38,815 bases of DNA from Elusimicrobiota bacterium (GCA_027340875.1 DAIENX010000085.1:1-38815), one strand, 5' to 3'. Counted from the stretch's first letter, positions 16,608-26,656 are shown. Program-made: numbers and translations. The notes: generated from the sequence alone by a model not told the origin.

Positions 16608-17891
16608 TTACTTGAACTTAAAGACGACGTCCTTGGCGTAGCGGGATTTCTTGCCCAGCTCCTCCTCTATGCGGATCAGCTGGTTGTACTTGCAGAGGCG
16701 CTCGGAGCGGCAGGGCGCTCCGGTCTTTATCGCTCCGGCGTTGGTGGCCACCGCGAGGTCGGCGATGAAGGCGTCCTCGGTCTCTCCTGAGCGGTGCGAG
16801 ATCACGGTAGCGTAGCCGGCCTTGTGGGCCATCTCGATGACGCGTATCGTCTCGGTCAGGGAGCCGATCTGGTTGAGCTTGATGAGGATCGCGTTGGCGA
16901 CCTCCTCCTCGATGCCTTTCTTGAGCCTCTCGGGGTTGGTGACGAACAGGTCGTCCCCGACCACTCGGGCCTTCTTGCAGAGATGCTTGCTGAGGTGGTC
17001 CCAGCCCTCCCAGTCGTCCTCGGCAAGCGGGTCCTCGTAGGAGACTATAGGGAAGTGCTTGCGCCACTCAGCGTACTTGGCGGTGAGGTCCTGGGCGGTC
17101 AGGTTGCTGCCTTCGAACACGTAACGGTCGTTCTGGAAGAACTCGCTGGCGGCGGAGTCCAGGGCTATCTGTACCTCTTTGAAGGTGTAGCCGGCCTCCT
17201 TGATGGAGTTGCAGATGGTCTCCAGCACGGACTCGTGCGTGAAGATCTTCGGGGCGAAGCCTCCCTCGTCGCCTACGGCCGTGGTGTAGCCGGCCTTCGC
17301 GAGCACCTTCTTCAGGGTGTGATAGATCTCGCAGCCCATGCGGATCGCGTCGGTGAACCTGGCGGCTCCGGTGGGGACTATCATGAACTCCTGGATATTG
17401 AGGCCGGAGTCCGCGTGCTTGCCGCCGTTGATGATGTTCATCATCGGTGCCGGCAGCACGAAATCCTTGTGCTTGAGGCCGTAGGCCTTGCGGATATAGG
17501 CGTACAGCGGCAGGCCGGCGGAGGCGGCGCCGGCGCGGGCCAGGGCCATCGAGACCGAGAGTATGGCGTTCGCGCCAAGCTTGGTCTTCATCTGCGTGCC
17601 GTCCAGGTCCAGTATCATCTCGTCTATCTTGACCTGGTCGGCCTTCAGGCCGGAGACCTCTGCGGCGATGAGTTTGTTGACGTTCTCCACGGCCTTGGTC
17701 ACGCCCTTGCCGAGGTAGCGCTTGCCGCCGTCGCGCATCTCCAGCGCCTCGTGCGTGCCGGTGGAGGCCCCGCTGGGGACCGCGGCGCGGCCGAAGGAGC
17801 CGTCCGACAGCAGCACGTCGGTCTCGACGGTGGGGAAGCCGCGGGAGTCCAGTATTTCCCGGGCGGTGATTTTCTTGATCTTAGCGTCCAT
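16608..17891 (-). CDS. eno: Enolase
   Basis: [46 protein letters not shown]. Start ATG 17891 after AAGGAG. Confidence 0.98.
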   Translation of the reverse strand: MDAKIKKITAREILDSRGFPTVETDVLLSDGSFGRAAVPSGASTGTHEALEMRDGGKRYLGKGVTKAVENVNKLIAAEVSGLKADQVKIDEMILDLDGTQMKTKLGANAILSVSMALARAGAASAGLPLYAYIRKAYGLKHKDFVLPAPMMNIINGGKHADSGLNIQEFMIVPTGAARFTDAIRMGCEIYHTLKKVLAKAGYTTAVGDEGGFAPKIFTHESVLETICNSIKEAGYTFKEVQIALDSAASEFFQNDRYVFEGSNLTAQDLTAKYAEWRKHFPIVSYEDPLAEDDWEGWDHLSKHLCKKARVVGDDLFVTNPERLKKGIEEEVANAILIKLNQIGSLTETIRVIEMAHKAGYATVISHRSGETEDAFIADLAVATNAGAIKTGAPCRSERLCKYNQLIRIEEELGKKSRYAKDVVFKFK

Positions 17892-17917
17892 AGTGTTAGT
17901 CTCCTTGGGAAGTCCTG

Positions 17918-19420
17918 CTAAAACTTGCCGCTGACTATCTTGCGGCCGGCCTCGCAGAGGGCGGCTATCTTCTGCGGCGACTGCGCCTCGGCGTAGAGGC
18001 GCACCAGCGGGGTGGTCGTGCCGGCAGGGCGCAGTCCCAGCCAGCTGCCGTCCTTCATGATGAACTTGAAGCCGTCGGTCTGGTCTATGCGCCAGACCGA
18101 GGCGCCGGCGAGGCTGAGCGGCGGGTTGAGCTTCAGGCGTTCCACCAGGAAAGGCATGTGCATGTTCTTGTCCAGCTTCAGCGTGAGGCGGGTATTGCTG
18201 AAGCTGCCGCCGGTCCTCTTCAGCAGTTCGGCGAGGATCTTCTTGATCGGCTTGCGCTCGTAGGCCACCATCTCGGCCATCAGCATGCAGGCCAGGATGC
18301 CGTCCTTCTCCGGGACGTGGCCGAGGATGGAGAGCCCGCCGGATTCCTCGCCGCCTATCAGATACTGGCCGGAGCGCAGCAGGTTGCCGACGTGCTTGAA
18401 GCCGACCGCCGTCTCGCGCACCTCGAGCCCGTGCTGCCGGGCTATCGCGTCCACGAAGTGGGAGGTCATCACCGAGCGGGCCACCTTGCCCTTCAGCCCG
18501 CGGTTCTTCACCAGGTGCTCGAGCGCCAGGCCGAGTACCAGGTTGGGGGAGATCCAGGTGCCGTCGCAGTCTATCACGCCGAAGCGGTCCGCGTCGGCGT
18601 CGCAGGCCAGGCCCAGGCTCAGCTTGCCCTTCACCACGGCCTCGCGCAGCCCCTTCAGGTTGTCCTCGCCGGTGTTGGGCGCGCTGCCGCCGAAGAGCAC
18701 GTCGCGTTCCTCGCGCAGACCGGTGACCTTCGCCCCGGCCTTCTCCAGCATGGGGCGCAGGAAGCTGCGGGCCGCGCCGTGGGCCGAGTCGGCGGCGAGC
18801 TTGAGGCCCGCCTTCTTTATGGCCCCGAGGTCCAGCAGCGAGGAGAGCTGCTGGAAATAGCTGTCGTGGAAATCCTCCACCTTGATGATGCCGGCGTTGA
18901 CGCCCTGGTCGAACGGTATCAGCTTCTCCACTTCGGCTATGGTCAGGCCCTGCGCCCTGGCCTCGAGGTCGGCCGTGATCTCCGGCAGCTCGGGGCCGCC
19001 CCAGTAGGGCGTCCACTTGATGCCGCTGTAGTGGGAGAAATACTGGCTGGCGGTGATGGTCATGCCGCCGGCAGCGCTGTTGCGGAACACTTCCCATGCT
19101 ACTACCGGGGTGGGGGCCTCGGTCTTCGAATAGACGGCTGTTATGCCTTCGGCGGCTATGCACTCGGCCGCTATCTTGGCGAAATCCTCGGACATGTAGC
19201 GGGTATCGTAGCCCACAATGACCTTCGGCGTCTTCGGCGCGGGCTTGCCGGAGTTCTTTATGCTCATCAAGAACTCTTCGCCCTTGAAGCCGTACTCCTT
19301 GTTCTCCTTCACGTGCTCGGCCGCGGCGTGACTGACGCGCCTGAGAGCGGGAATGTTGAAATCTTCGCCGATAATGGCCCTCCAGCCTGAGGTGCCGAAC
19401 TTGATATTTGGGGTCGCCAT
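17918..19420 (-). CDS. Phosphoglucomutase/phosphomannomutase family protein
   Basis: FGTSGWR, GYDTR, PTP, DADADR, GFK, GGEESGG, EKDG; phosphoserine loop reads TASQYF instead of TASHNP. Confidence 0.88.
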   Translation of the reverse strand: MATPNIKFGTSGWRAIIGEDFNIPALRRVSHAAAEHVKENKEYGFKGEEFLMSIKNSGKPAPKTPKVIVGYDTRYMSEDFAKIAAECIAAEGITAVYSKTEAPTPVVAWEVFRNSAAGGMTITASQYFSHYSGIKWTPYWGGPELPEITADLEARAQGLTIAEVEKLIPFDQGVNAGIIKVEDFHDSYFQQLSSLLDLGAIKKAGLKLAADSAHGAARSFLRPMLEKAGAKVTGLREERDVLFGGSAPNTGEDNLKGLREAVVKGKLSLGLACDADADRFGVIDCDGTWISPNLVLGLALEHLVKNRGLKGKVARSVMTSHFVDAIARQHGLEVRETAVGFKHVGNLLRSGQYLIGGEESGGLSILGHVPEKDGILACMLMAEMVAYERKPIKKILAELLKRTGGSFSNTRLTLKLDKNMHMPFLVERLKLNPPLSLAGASVWRIDQTDGFKFIMKDGSWLGLRPAGTTTPLVRLYAEAQSPQKIAALCEAGRKIVSGKF

Positions 19421-19520
19421 AATACTTGCAATATAGCATAAGGCGCGAAAAAAAGCAAAAACGCCGTTCCAGGGGCTCCTAGGACCGTTCCGTACCTTTT
19501 TTTAGTAAAATATATAATTA

Positions 19521-19997
19521 ATGAGAATATTGCTGGCCATTTCCGTCCTGCTGCTGGTAGGCCCCACGCTGGCCGCCGATGGCGAAGGCCCCCTCGAACT
19601 CGCGGGCTTCGTTTCAGCCTGGACGCAGGACTGCTCCGGAGGCAGCTGCGGACTTCCCGCCCCGGGTGAGATCAACCATCCTGTTACGCTGAGCATAAAG
19701 CCTCCCTCCTCTGCCGGAGAGGCCGCCACGGCCCGGGCCTCGCTGGAGCTGGTGCTGCCTGACGGCAGCCGTTTGCCGGCGGATATCGCCCTGTACGCCG
19801 TCTGTCCGTACGGCGGCAAGGACGGCTGCGCCGGCAGATATTTCCAGGCCCAGGTAACGCTTGGAGGGCGAGCCGGGGCTTTCTGCGCTTCGTCGCTGAA
19901 CGCCCAGGATTTCCTGCCTTTCCCGGTTACCATGTGCGCCGGTTCCTCCCAGGAAGGCAAACGCTACGGCGTCACGCTGCACCGGCTGAAGATCTAG
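19521..19997 (+). CDS. Hypothetical secreted Cys-rich protein
   Basis: Signal peptide and six Cys; first gene of a + strand run. Confidence 0.65.
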   Translation: MRILLAISVLLLVGPTLAADGEGPLELAGFVSAWTQDCSGGSCGLPAPGEINHPVTLSIKPPSSAGEAATARASLELVLPDGSRLPADIALYAVCPYGGKDGCAGRYFQAQVTLGGRAGAFCASSLNAQDFLPFPVTMCAGSSQEGKRYGVTLHRLKI

Positions 19998-20000
19998 ACC

Positions 20001-20684
20001 ATGACCAAAGTAAGGACCGGAATTTTCTCGGCGCAGCACCTCACTTCGGAGCTTACCTCCTACCTGGCCTCTCTTTCGTCCGCCGACGAGGGCTACGCGT
20101 CCCATGTCGTCGAGGCCATGGATAAGGCCGGAGTGCGCGGCTCCGCCGTGTCCGCGGCGGAGGGCAAACTGCTCGAAGCGCTCGCCAGGCTTTCCCAGGC
20201 GCGCAAGGCCGTGGAGATAGGCTCGCTCTACGGTTATTCGGCCCACTGGCTGGCGCGCGGCCTGCAGGACGGCGCCAGGCTCTATACCCTGGAAAAGGAC
20301 CCGGCTTGCGTGAACGCTGCCAAGGAGGGGATGGAGGTCTCGGCCCTTTCCCGCAAGGTCACCGTGATAGAAGGCCCGGCGCTGGACAGCCTCAGGACGC
20401 TGGCCAAGCTGGGCCCGTTCGATCTCTGTTTCATCGACGGGGACATCCTCGAGTACCCGGCCTATCTGCGCTGGGCGGCCTCCAATCTGCGGCCCGGCGG
20501 CCTGGCGGCGGCCGGCGGCGTTCTGTTCAAGGGGAAGGTCTGTTACGAGGGGGACGACCCCGCTCTGAACGCCGGCGCCCGCGCGATGCGCGAGTTCTTC
20601 CACGTGCTTTACGACAGCGACAGGTTCGTCACCGCTTCCGTGATCCCGAACGGAGAAGGCTTCGCGCTGGGGATAAAGGGCTGA
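20001..20684 (+). CDS. O-methyltransferase (COMT/CCoAOMT/TrmR-like family)
   Basis: VEIGSLYGYS, GPFDLCFIDG, LRPGG motifs. Confidence 0.85.
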   Translation: MTKVRTGIFSAQHLTSELTSYLASLSSADEGYASHVVEAMDKAGVRGSAVSAAEGKLLEALARLSQARKAVEIGSLYGYSAHWLARGLQDGARLYTLEKDPACVNAAKEGMEVSALSRKVTVIEGPALDSLRTLAKLGPFDLCFIDGDILEYPAYLRWAASNLRPGGLAAAGGVLFKGKVCYEGDDPALNAGARAMREFFHVLYDSDRFVTASVIPNGEGFALGIKG

Positions 20685-21826
20685 TGAGAAAGCTGTTGCT
20701 GGCGGCCGCCCTGGCCGCCCTGGCGGCCTGTTCGGCCCACCCGGGGGAAAGGCCGCGCTTCGCCAAGAAAGGCCTGCCCGCTCCCGCTATATCCCTCCCG
20801 AAGCTGATGAACGCCCCGATCCGCCAGCTCGCCGGCTGGTCCGACCTCGCTAACGCCGTAGTGGTACTGGAGTTCTGGGCCACCTGGTGCGGCCCCTGCG
20901 AGGAGCGCATTCCGGAACTTAACGCGCTCGCCGAGCGCTTCCGCGGCAGGCCGGTGGTCTTCATCCATATCACCGACGAAAGCGAGGCCGATGTCAGGGC
21001 TTTCCTCGAAACTCACCGCATCGACGGTTGGATAGCGACGGAGGCGGACGCTTCCGTGTTCAAGGCTTTCAGGGTCTACGGCCGGCCTTATACGGTAGTG
21101 ATCGGCCGTGACGGGACCGTGGCCGGTTTCCCCGGCAAGGACCTGGACGCGGAGTTGATAATGTCCCTGCTGGCCGGCCACAGGGAAGGGGAGCCGGCGG
21201 CCCCCGCCGGGCCGGCGCTGGCCGAATTCTTCATCTCGCGCTCCTCGGGCGCTTACGGCTCGGCCAGTTACGGCCCGGCGTCTTTGGACGCCTCGGCCAT
21301 GTCCCTCGAATACGCTCTGGAATGGGTCTACGGCCGCGTGGACAGCTTCGATATCGGCCCTTCGGCCGCAGCCCTCATGTCGGCCTCTTACGACATCCAT
21401 ATGCGCCTGCCGCAGGAGAGGGCGTCCCTGAAGAGGAAGTTCTTCCTGGACGGTCTCGAGGCTTCGCTGGGGCTCCGGGCGGTACTGAGCGAACGGCAGG
21501 CCGAGGTGTTCGTCCTGAAAAAGGCCCCGGGCGGGCCGCTCAACCTGAAGGAACGCTCCGGCTACGGCGGCGTCAGCTTCAGCGGCGCGGTGATGAACGT
21601 AGACGGCGCCGGCTTCTCCCCGCTGGCGGCGAAGCTCCGCGAGGTGCTGAAGCGGCCGGTACTGGACGAGACCGGCGTATCAGGCAGCTACGCCTACAGC
21701 TTCGCGCTGGCCGCGTCGGATCCCGCCGAGCTGGACAGGCAGCTCAGGGCCGGGCTCGGACTCCGGCTCTCCAGGGCGGAAAGGAAGATCTTCGTGGTCG
21801 AGGTCTCTGCGGAGGGGAAGCAATGA
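20684..21826 (+). CDS. Lipoprotein: TlpA-like thioredoxin fused to a TIGR03435/DUF3738-like domain
   Basis: Lipobox LAAC; EFWATWCGPC; C-terminal RPVLDETG..GSY...LGLRL...ER..FVVE. ATG overlaps the upstream TGA. Confidence 0.8.
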   Translation: MRKLLLAAALAALAACSAHPGERPRFAKKGLPAPAISLPKLMNAPIRQLAGWSDLANAVVVLEFWATWCGPCEERIPELNALAERFRGRPVVFIHITDESEADVRAFLETHRIDGWIATEADASVFKAFRVYGRPYTVVIGRDGTVAGFPGKDLDAELIMSLLAGHREGEPAAPAGPALAEFFISRSSGAYGSASYGPASLDASAMSLEYALEWVYGRVDSFDIGPSAAALMSASYDIHMRLPQERASLKRKFFLDGLEASLGLRAVLSERQAEVFVLKKAPGGPLNLKERSGYGGVSFSGAVMNVDGAGFSPLAAKLREVLKRPVLDETGVSGSYAYSFALAASDPAELDRQLRAGLGLRLSRAERKIFVVEVSAEGKQ

Positions 21827-22248
21827 AGAGGTTCTCCTCCAAGCCGACCGTCTATCTGATAGACGGCTCCAATTTCTCGCTGCGCTTCTGGGAGCGCGCG
21901 GCCGGCGAGAAGTCCGACGAGCTGGAGCGCGCCTTCCTGGTCTGGCTCGGAGAGGTCTCACGCGCCGAAGTGCTGCGCCCCTCCTGCTTCAGGGTGGTCT
22001 TCGACGGACCCTGGCGCAAGCCGTTCGCCACGGGACCGGCCATCACCGTCTATTACACCGAATCCGAACCGGCCGACGAAATGCTGGTGGAGCGCGGGTA
22101 TTTCATGCGCAACGAGGGGATCCGCGCGGTGATAGTGACCTCGGACAACGGCCTGCGCGACCGCGCCGCCGCGGAAGGGATACAGACGATGAACTGCGAG
22201 ACCTTCCGCCGGCTGGCGGATTCCGAGCTGCGCAAGGAGGCCCGGTAA
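21823..22248 (+). CDS. NYN/PIN-fold (YacP-like) putative RNase
   Basis: YLIDGSN, VVFDG, ADE, IVTSD motifs; ATGA overlap with the previous gene. Confidence 0.82.
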   Translation: MKRFSSKPTVYLIDGSNFSLRFWERAAGEKSDELERAFLVWLGEVSRAEVLRPSCFRVVFDGPWRKPFATGPAITVYYTESEPADEMLVERGYFMRNEGIRAVIVTSDNGLRDRAAAEGIQTMNCETFRRLADSELRKEAR

Positions 22249-22282
22249 AATTTGTAGAATAGTCTGACGCGCAGTTTGCCGA

Positions 22283-22366
22283 GGGCTTGTGGCGGAACTG
22301 GTAGACGCGACGGACTTAAAATCCGTTGGCCGCAAGGCCGTGTGGGTTCGAGTCCCACCATGCCCA
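22283..22366 (+). tRNA. tRNA-Leu(UAA)
   Basis: GGGCTTG-TGGCGGAACTGGTAGACGC; anticodon arm ACGGA-CTTAAAA-TCCGT; long variable arm GGCC-GCAA-GGCC; T arm GTGGG-TTCGAGT-CCCAC; discriminator A; CCA not encoded. Confidence 0.96.
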
Positions 22367-22509
22367 CTGCTTGCGGTAAGCGGAGTTCGAGGGCGGGTTC
22401 GGGCCGGCTTCGCTTCCGTGCTGCGCGTTTTCGGAGGCCTCTTCGTCCCGCCATGCCCGCTCAAGACGGCCTGGACCGACTGATTTTTGGAAGATCTTCT
22501 GGAGGAAAC

Positions 22510-23136
22510 ATGGGATTTGCGCCTGAGGGAATAAAGCTTATAGCCGCCGGAATAGCCGCGGCGGCGGCCGGCGGTCTTCTTACCATCTGGGTCCGCTGGC
22601 TCGGCCTGCCCCTGCTGGTGCTCGGCTTCGTCTTCTCGGCCTTCTCGGCCTACTTTTTCCGCGACCCGGAGCGCGACAAGGTCTTCGCCCCCGGAGAGAT
22701 AGCCTGCCCCGCGGACGGCACGGTGATGAGCGTCGCCAACGAGGGGACAAAGGGCATCACGGTGGTCCGCATCTTCCTGTCGGTGCTGAACGTGCACGTG
22801 CAGCGCTCGCCGCTGGAGGGCAAGGTCGAGAAAACGCAGTACACTAAAGGCACCTTCGCCATCGCCTATAAGCCGGAGGCCGCGACCAACGAGCGCAACC
22901 TGATACGCATAACCGGCGACCATGGCAGGTTCGTGGAGGTGGAGCAGATAACCGGTTCCATAGCGCGCCGCATCGCCTGCTACGTCAAGGAAGGGCAGGA
23001 GGTCAAGCAGGGCGAGCGCGTCGGCATGATCTATTTCGGCTCGCAGGTGGCCGTTTACCTGCCGGATACGGCGCGCGTGCTGGTCAGGCCCGGGGACAAG
23101 GTGGCAGGCGCGGAGACCGTGCTGGGCCTCTGGTAA
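22510..23136 (+). CDS. psd: Phosphatidylserine decarboxylase proenzyme (short type)
   Basis: FFRDPER, PADG, IFLSVLNVH, NERN, ARRI, FGSQV self-cleavage motif; RBS GGAGG. Confidence 0.95.
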   Translation: MGFAPEGIKLIAAGIAAAAAGGLLTIWVRWLGLPLLVLGFVFSAFSAYFFRDPERDKVFAPGEIACPADGTVMSVANEGTKGITVVRIFLSVLNVHVQRSPLEGKVEKTQYTKGTFAIAYKPEAATNERNLIRITGDHGRFVEVEQITGSIARRIACYVKEGQEVKQGERVGMIYFGSQVAVYLPDTARVLVRPGDKVAGAETVLGLW

Positions 23137-23171
23137 GTCGTAAAGATTCTGGCGCAAATAAGAAGGGTAAA

Positions 23172-23975
23172 ATGGAAGAGAACCACGAGAAGAAGCGGAT
23201 AGACATGGTGAAGCTGAAGAAGACCGGCGCGATAGTGCTGCCTTCCATCTTCACGATAGCCAACATGGCCTTCGGTTTCTTTGCGATACTGCTGGCCTCC
23301 GACGGCCGGTTCGTACAGTCCTCCTGGTTCATCATGCTCTCCTACGTGATGGACATGCTCGACGGCCGCGTCGCGCGCCTGGTGCACGGCGAGAGCTCCT
23401 TCGGAGTCGAGATAGACTCGCTGTCCGACTGGATCTCCTTCGGTATAGCTCCCGCCTACATGATCTACAAGCTGGTCCTCAAGGACTACGGCGTCTGGGG
23501 CTACCCGGTGGCTTTCCTGTACGTGCTGTGCGGCGCGCTGCGACTGGCCCGCTACAACGTGAAGTCGCATTTCGGCGGAAGCTCCAAGGACTATTTCCAG
23601 GGCCTGCCGATACCCGGCGCGGCCGGCATCCTGGTCACTTTCGTGCTGGCCTACAGCATGCTCGAGGGAGAAGGCGGCACGCGCAGCATCAGGGTGGTCA
23701 TGGACCAGATGCCGTACGTCTACGCCGCCATCCCGTTCATCATGATAGCGCTCGCGCTGCTGATGGTCTCCACCGCGCCCTACGCGGCCTTCAAGGGCAA
23801 CATGATAAAGCCCACGTCGGTGAAGGGCATACTGCTGATAACGGCCATCCTGTCGATGATACTGGCCTATCCGCAGGACGCGCTGTTCCTGTTCTTCTCG
23901 CTCTACGCGCTCTCCGGAGTGATCGCCGGCATATACAAGGCTTTCAGGAACATCCTTCACCCGAAAGAGACCTGA
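23172..23975 (+). CDS. pssA: CDP-diacylglycerol--serine O-phosphatidyltransferase
   Basis: LPSIFT, DMLDGRVAR..SSFG.EIDSLSD..SFG, LRLARYN, FQGLP, LMVS; follows psd. Confidence 0.95.
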   Translation: MEENHEKKRIDMVKLKKTGAIVLPSIFTIANMAFGFFAILLASDGRFVQSSWFIMLSYVMDMLDGRVARLVHGESSFGVEIDSLSDWISFGIAPAYMIYKLVLKDYGVWGYPVAFLYVLCGALRLARYNVKSHFGGSSKDYFQGLPIPGAAGILVTFVLAYSMLEGEGGTRSIRVVMDQMPYVYAAIPFIMIALALLMVSTAPYAAFKGNMIKPTSVKGILLITAILSMILAYPQDALFLFFSLYALSGVIAGIYKAFRNILHPKET

Positions 23976-23996
23976 GCTCCGCCGTCGTGAAGGCGC

Positions 23997-24026
23997 GAAA
24001 AAGCCCGGGGCTTCCCGGGCTTTTTC
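23997..24026. terminator. Bidirectional intrinsic terminator
   Basis: GAAAAAGCCCGGG-GCTT-CCCGGGCTTTTTC between convergent pssA and metG. Confidence 0.85.
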
Positions 24027-24045
24027 CGTTTCTGCGCGGCCTGAC

Positions 24046-25551
24046 TCAGTTCGTGCTGACGTCCCCGGTGCGCCCGTCCTGCTTCCTCGGGAACAACGGC
24101 GGGAGCCTGTGCGGCGCAGTGCCGTCGGAGCTGCGGCCTACCCCAAGCTGCAGCTGCATCTTGCTGGCCGTGTCGGGCATGAACGGGTCCAGCCAGCCTG
24201 CCACCAGCCTGAGGCACCAGATCATCTCGTGGAGGAAAGCGGTGAGACCGGGCAGGTCGTTCCTGGCCATCTCCCACGGCTTCTTCTCGTCGACAAGCCT
24301 GTTGAGGTCGCCTATGCCGCGCCAGATCAGCTCCAGGGCCTCGTCGAAACGCAGGGCTTCCAGTGCCCGGTCTATCTCCCCGGTGGCCCCGGAGAGGGCG
24401 CGGAACGCCTCTGAGTCTCCCGGCTTCTCCGGCAGGCGGTGGTCCAGGTACTTGGCCGCCATGCTCATGATGCGGGAGAAGAGGTTCCCCAGGTCGTTGG
24501 CCAGGTCCGCGTTGTAGCGGCGCTTCAGGGCCTCCAGCGAGAAATCCCCGTCCTGGCCGAACGGGACTTCCCGCAGCAGGAAATAGCGCAGCGCGTCCAC
24601 GCCGTAGTCCCGTACCACGTCCTCGGCCTTAATGAAGTTGCCCCTGGACTTCGACATCTTCTCTCCGTTTATAGTCCACCAGCCGTGCGCGTAGACCTTG
24701 CGCGGCAGCTCCAGGCCCAGCGCCATCAGTATGGCCGGCCAGGTCACCGCGTGGAAGCGGAAGATCTCCTTGCCCACCAGGTGCACGTCGGCGGGCCAGA
24801 CCTGGCCGAAATCCGGAGCGACGTGTTCCGGGTTGTAGCCGGGGCCGCTGACGTAGTTCAGCAGCGCGTCGAACCAGACATAGACCGTGTGCCCGGGCGC
24901 GGAGCGCAGCGGGACGCCCCAGCGCACCTTCGTCCTGGAGACGGAGATGTCGCGCAGGCCGGACTTCACGAAGTTGACCATCTCCTGCGCGCGGTGGCGC
25001 GGCGAGAGGAAGTCGGGATGTCTCTCGTAATGCGCGAGCAAGGCCCCCTCGTACTTGGAGAGCCGGAAAAAGTAGGTTTCCTCGCTGACCTTCTCGGCGG
25101 GCCGGCCGTGCACGGGACAGCGGCCGGCCTTCAGCTCGCTCACGTCGTAGAAGTTCTCGCAGGAGGCGCAGTACATCCCCTCGTAGGAGCCCGGGTAGAT
25201 GTCGCCGGTCTTGAGCAGCTTCTCGAACACGGCCTGCACGGCCGTTTCGTGCGACAGGTCGGTGGTGCGGATGAAATGGTCGTACCTGACGTTAAGTTTT
25301 TTCCAGAGCGAGCGGAATTCCTTGGAGACGGAGTCGCACCAGGCCTTCGGCTCCATGCCCCGCTCCAGGGCCGTCCGCTCCATGTTGGCGCCGTGCTCGT
25401 CGGTGCCGGTCTGAAAATGCACCGGGATGTCCCGGGAGCGCAGGTGGCGGGCCAGCACGTCGGCGGCCAACGTGGTGTAGGCGTGGCCCAGATGAGGCTT
25501 GGCGCTGGCGCAGTAGAGGGGGGTGGTTATGTAAAACTTTTTAGTCTTCAA
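24046..25551 (-). CDS. metG: Methionine--tRNA ligase, single-knuckle MetRS1 type, no C-terminal appended domain (TTG start)
   Basis: HLGH, TGTDEHG, IRTT, CASCE...CPVH, YVWFDAL, KMSKS, LANDLGNL. Confidence 0.9.
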   Translation of the reverse strand: MKTKKFYITTPLYCASAKPHLGHAYTTLAADVLARHLRSRDIPVHFQTGTDEHGANMERTALERGMEPKAWCDSVSKEFRSLWKKLNVRYDHFIRTTDLSHETAVQAVFEKLLKTGDIYPGSYEGMYCASCENFYDVSELKAGRCPVHGRPAEKVSEETYFFRLSKYEGALLAHYERHPDFLSPRHRAQEMVNFVKSGLRDISVSRTKVRWGVPLRSAPGHTVYVWFDALLNYVSGPGYNPEHVAPDFGQVWPADVHLVGKEIFRFHAVTWPAILMALGLELPRKVYAHGWWTINGEKMSKSRGNFIKAEDVVRDYGVDALRYFLLREVPFGQDGDFSLEALKRRYNADLANDLGNLFSRIMSMAAKYLDHRLPEKPGDSEAFRALSGATGEIDRALEALRFDEALELIWRGIGDLNRLVDEKKPWEMARNDLPGLTAFLHEMIWCLRLVAGWLDPFMPDTASKMQLQLGVGRSSDGTAPHRLPPLFPRKQDGRTGDVSTN

Positions 25552-25557
25552 AACGGC

Positions 25558-26655
25558 TCACCCGCGCTTTAGGCCTCGCAACCTTATCAGGTCTTCCAGG
25601 GGGATGCCTGCCCGCTCGCTCTCCAAGAGGGCGGTTTCCAGAAGCAGGGAATATGAGACGTTCCGTTCGGACATGCGGCGCAGCTCCAGCGTGCGCCGCA
25701 GCAGCGCGGTCAGCCTGGCCTTCGCGGGTCCTTCGGAATCCCTCCAGGCCTGGCGGGCGCGGGAGAGCAGCAGGTCCAGCAGCGTCTTGACCTCTTCCCT
25801 GGCCTTGTGGCTGTCCCTCGGCAGGCCGGCCGCGAACTTGAACGCCCGGGCGGGATCGCCGGGGTGCAGGGTCGAGACGCGCTTGAGGAAGGAGGCCGCT
25901 TCGCCGGCCTTCTCCAGCGAGCCCGCGCCCAGGGCCGCCAGTGAATCGGCCTGGGAGGGCTCGGCCCCCTGCGCTCGCAGCAGGTCCCTCAGGACGGCCG
26001 CGGGAAGCGGGGAGAAGTCTAGCAGGCTCGAGCGGGAGAGGATGGTGGAGATCAGCGAGGTCTTGCGGTGGACCGTCATGATGACCACGGTGCCCGGGGG
26101 CGGCTCCTCCAGCGTCTTCAGCAGGGCGTTCTGGGCCTGGCCGCCCATTGCCTCGGCGTCCCTGACGATGAAGACCTTCCACGGCGAAAGCATGGCCTTC
26201 TGCTGCGCCCAGCGCGTCATTTCGCGCATGGTGTCTATCTTGAGGTTGGAGGTCTCTTTTTCCTCGAGCAGCGCCGCCTGGAAGCTGGTGTCTATCACGC
26301 GGATATCCGGGTGCGCGCCGCTGGCCGCCTGCAGGCAGGAGAGGCATTTCCCGCAGGAGTCGGACCGGTCCGCGTGAGTTTCCGGTTCCGGCTCCGGCCC
26401 GGGCTCCGGCTTGGGCGCCGCCGGCGCTGCCGCTGCGAACAGGTCGTCCGGGTCCGGCTGCGGCGGGGCTGGGGGCTTTTCCCTGTGCGCCACGTGAGAG
26501 CAGTTCAGCGCCTTGGCGAACTCGAGCGCGGCCAGGAACTTGCCTACGCCGGGGGGGCCGTGGAAGATCATGGCCGGCGGGACGCGGCCGGACTCGATCA
26601 GCGCGCGGAGGCGCGTTATCGTCCTGTCCTGGCCGAGTATTCCGGAGAATGACAT
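25558..26655 (-). CDS. holB: DNA polymerase III delta' subunit
   Basis: GPPGVGK, CGKCLSC...HPD, QNALLKTLEEPP, TILSR; tmk-holB synteny. Confidence 0.9.
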   Translation of the reverse strand: MSFSGILGQDRTITRLRALIESGRVPPAMIFHGPPGVGKFLAALEFAKALNCSHVAHREKPPAPPQPDPDDLFAAAAPAAPKPEPGPEPEPETHADRSDSCGKCLSCLQAASGAHPDIRVIDTSFQAALLEEKETSNLKIDTMREMTRWAQQKAMLSPWKVFIVRDAEAMGGQAQNALLKTLEEPPPGTVVIMTVHRKTSLISTILSRSSLLDFSPLPAAVLRDLLRAQGAEPSQADSLAALGAGSLEKAGEAASFLKRVSTLHPGDPARAFKFAAGLPRDSHKAREEVKTLLDLLLSRARQAWRDSEGPAKARLTALLRRTLELRRMSERNVSYSLLLETALLESERAGIPLEDLIRLRGLKRG

Positions 26656-26656
26656 C

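Noticed and set aside
16608..19439. 943-aa ORF as a giant enolase
   Set aside because: The extension overlaps the phosphohexomutase gene in another frame; enolase starts at 17891 with a good RBS.
20306..22248. 506-aa and 308-aa ORFs as listed
   Set aside because: Their upstream parts overlap preceding genes out of frame; coupled starts at 20684 and 21823 fit the domains.
22276..22509. N-terminal extension of Psd
   Set aside because: It runs through tRNA-Leu; the real start is ATG 22510 after GGAGG.
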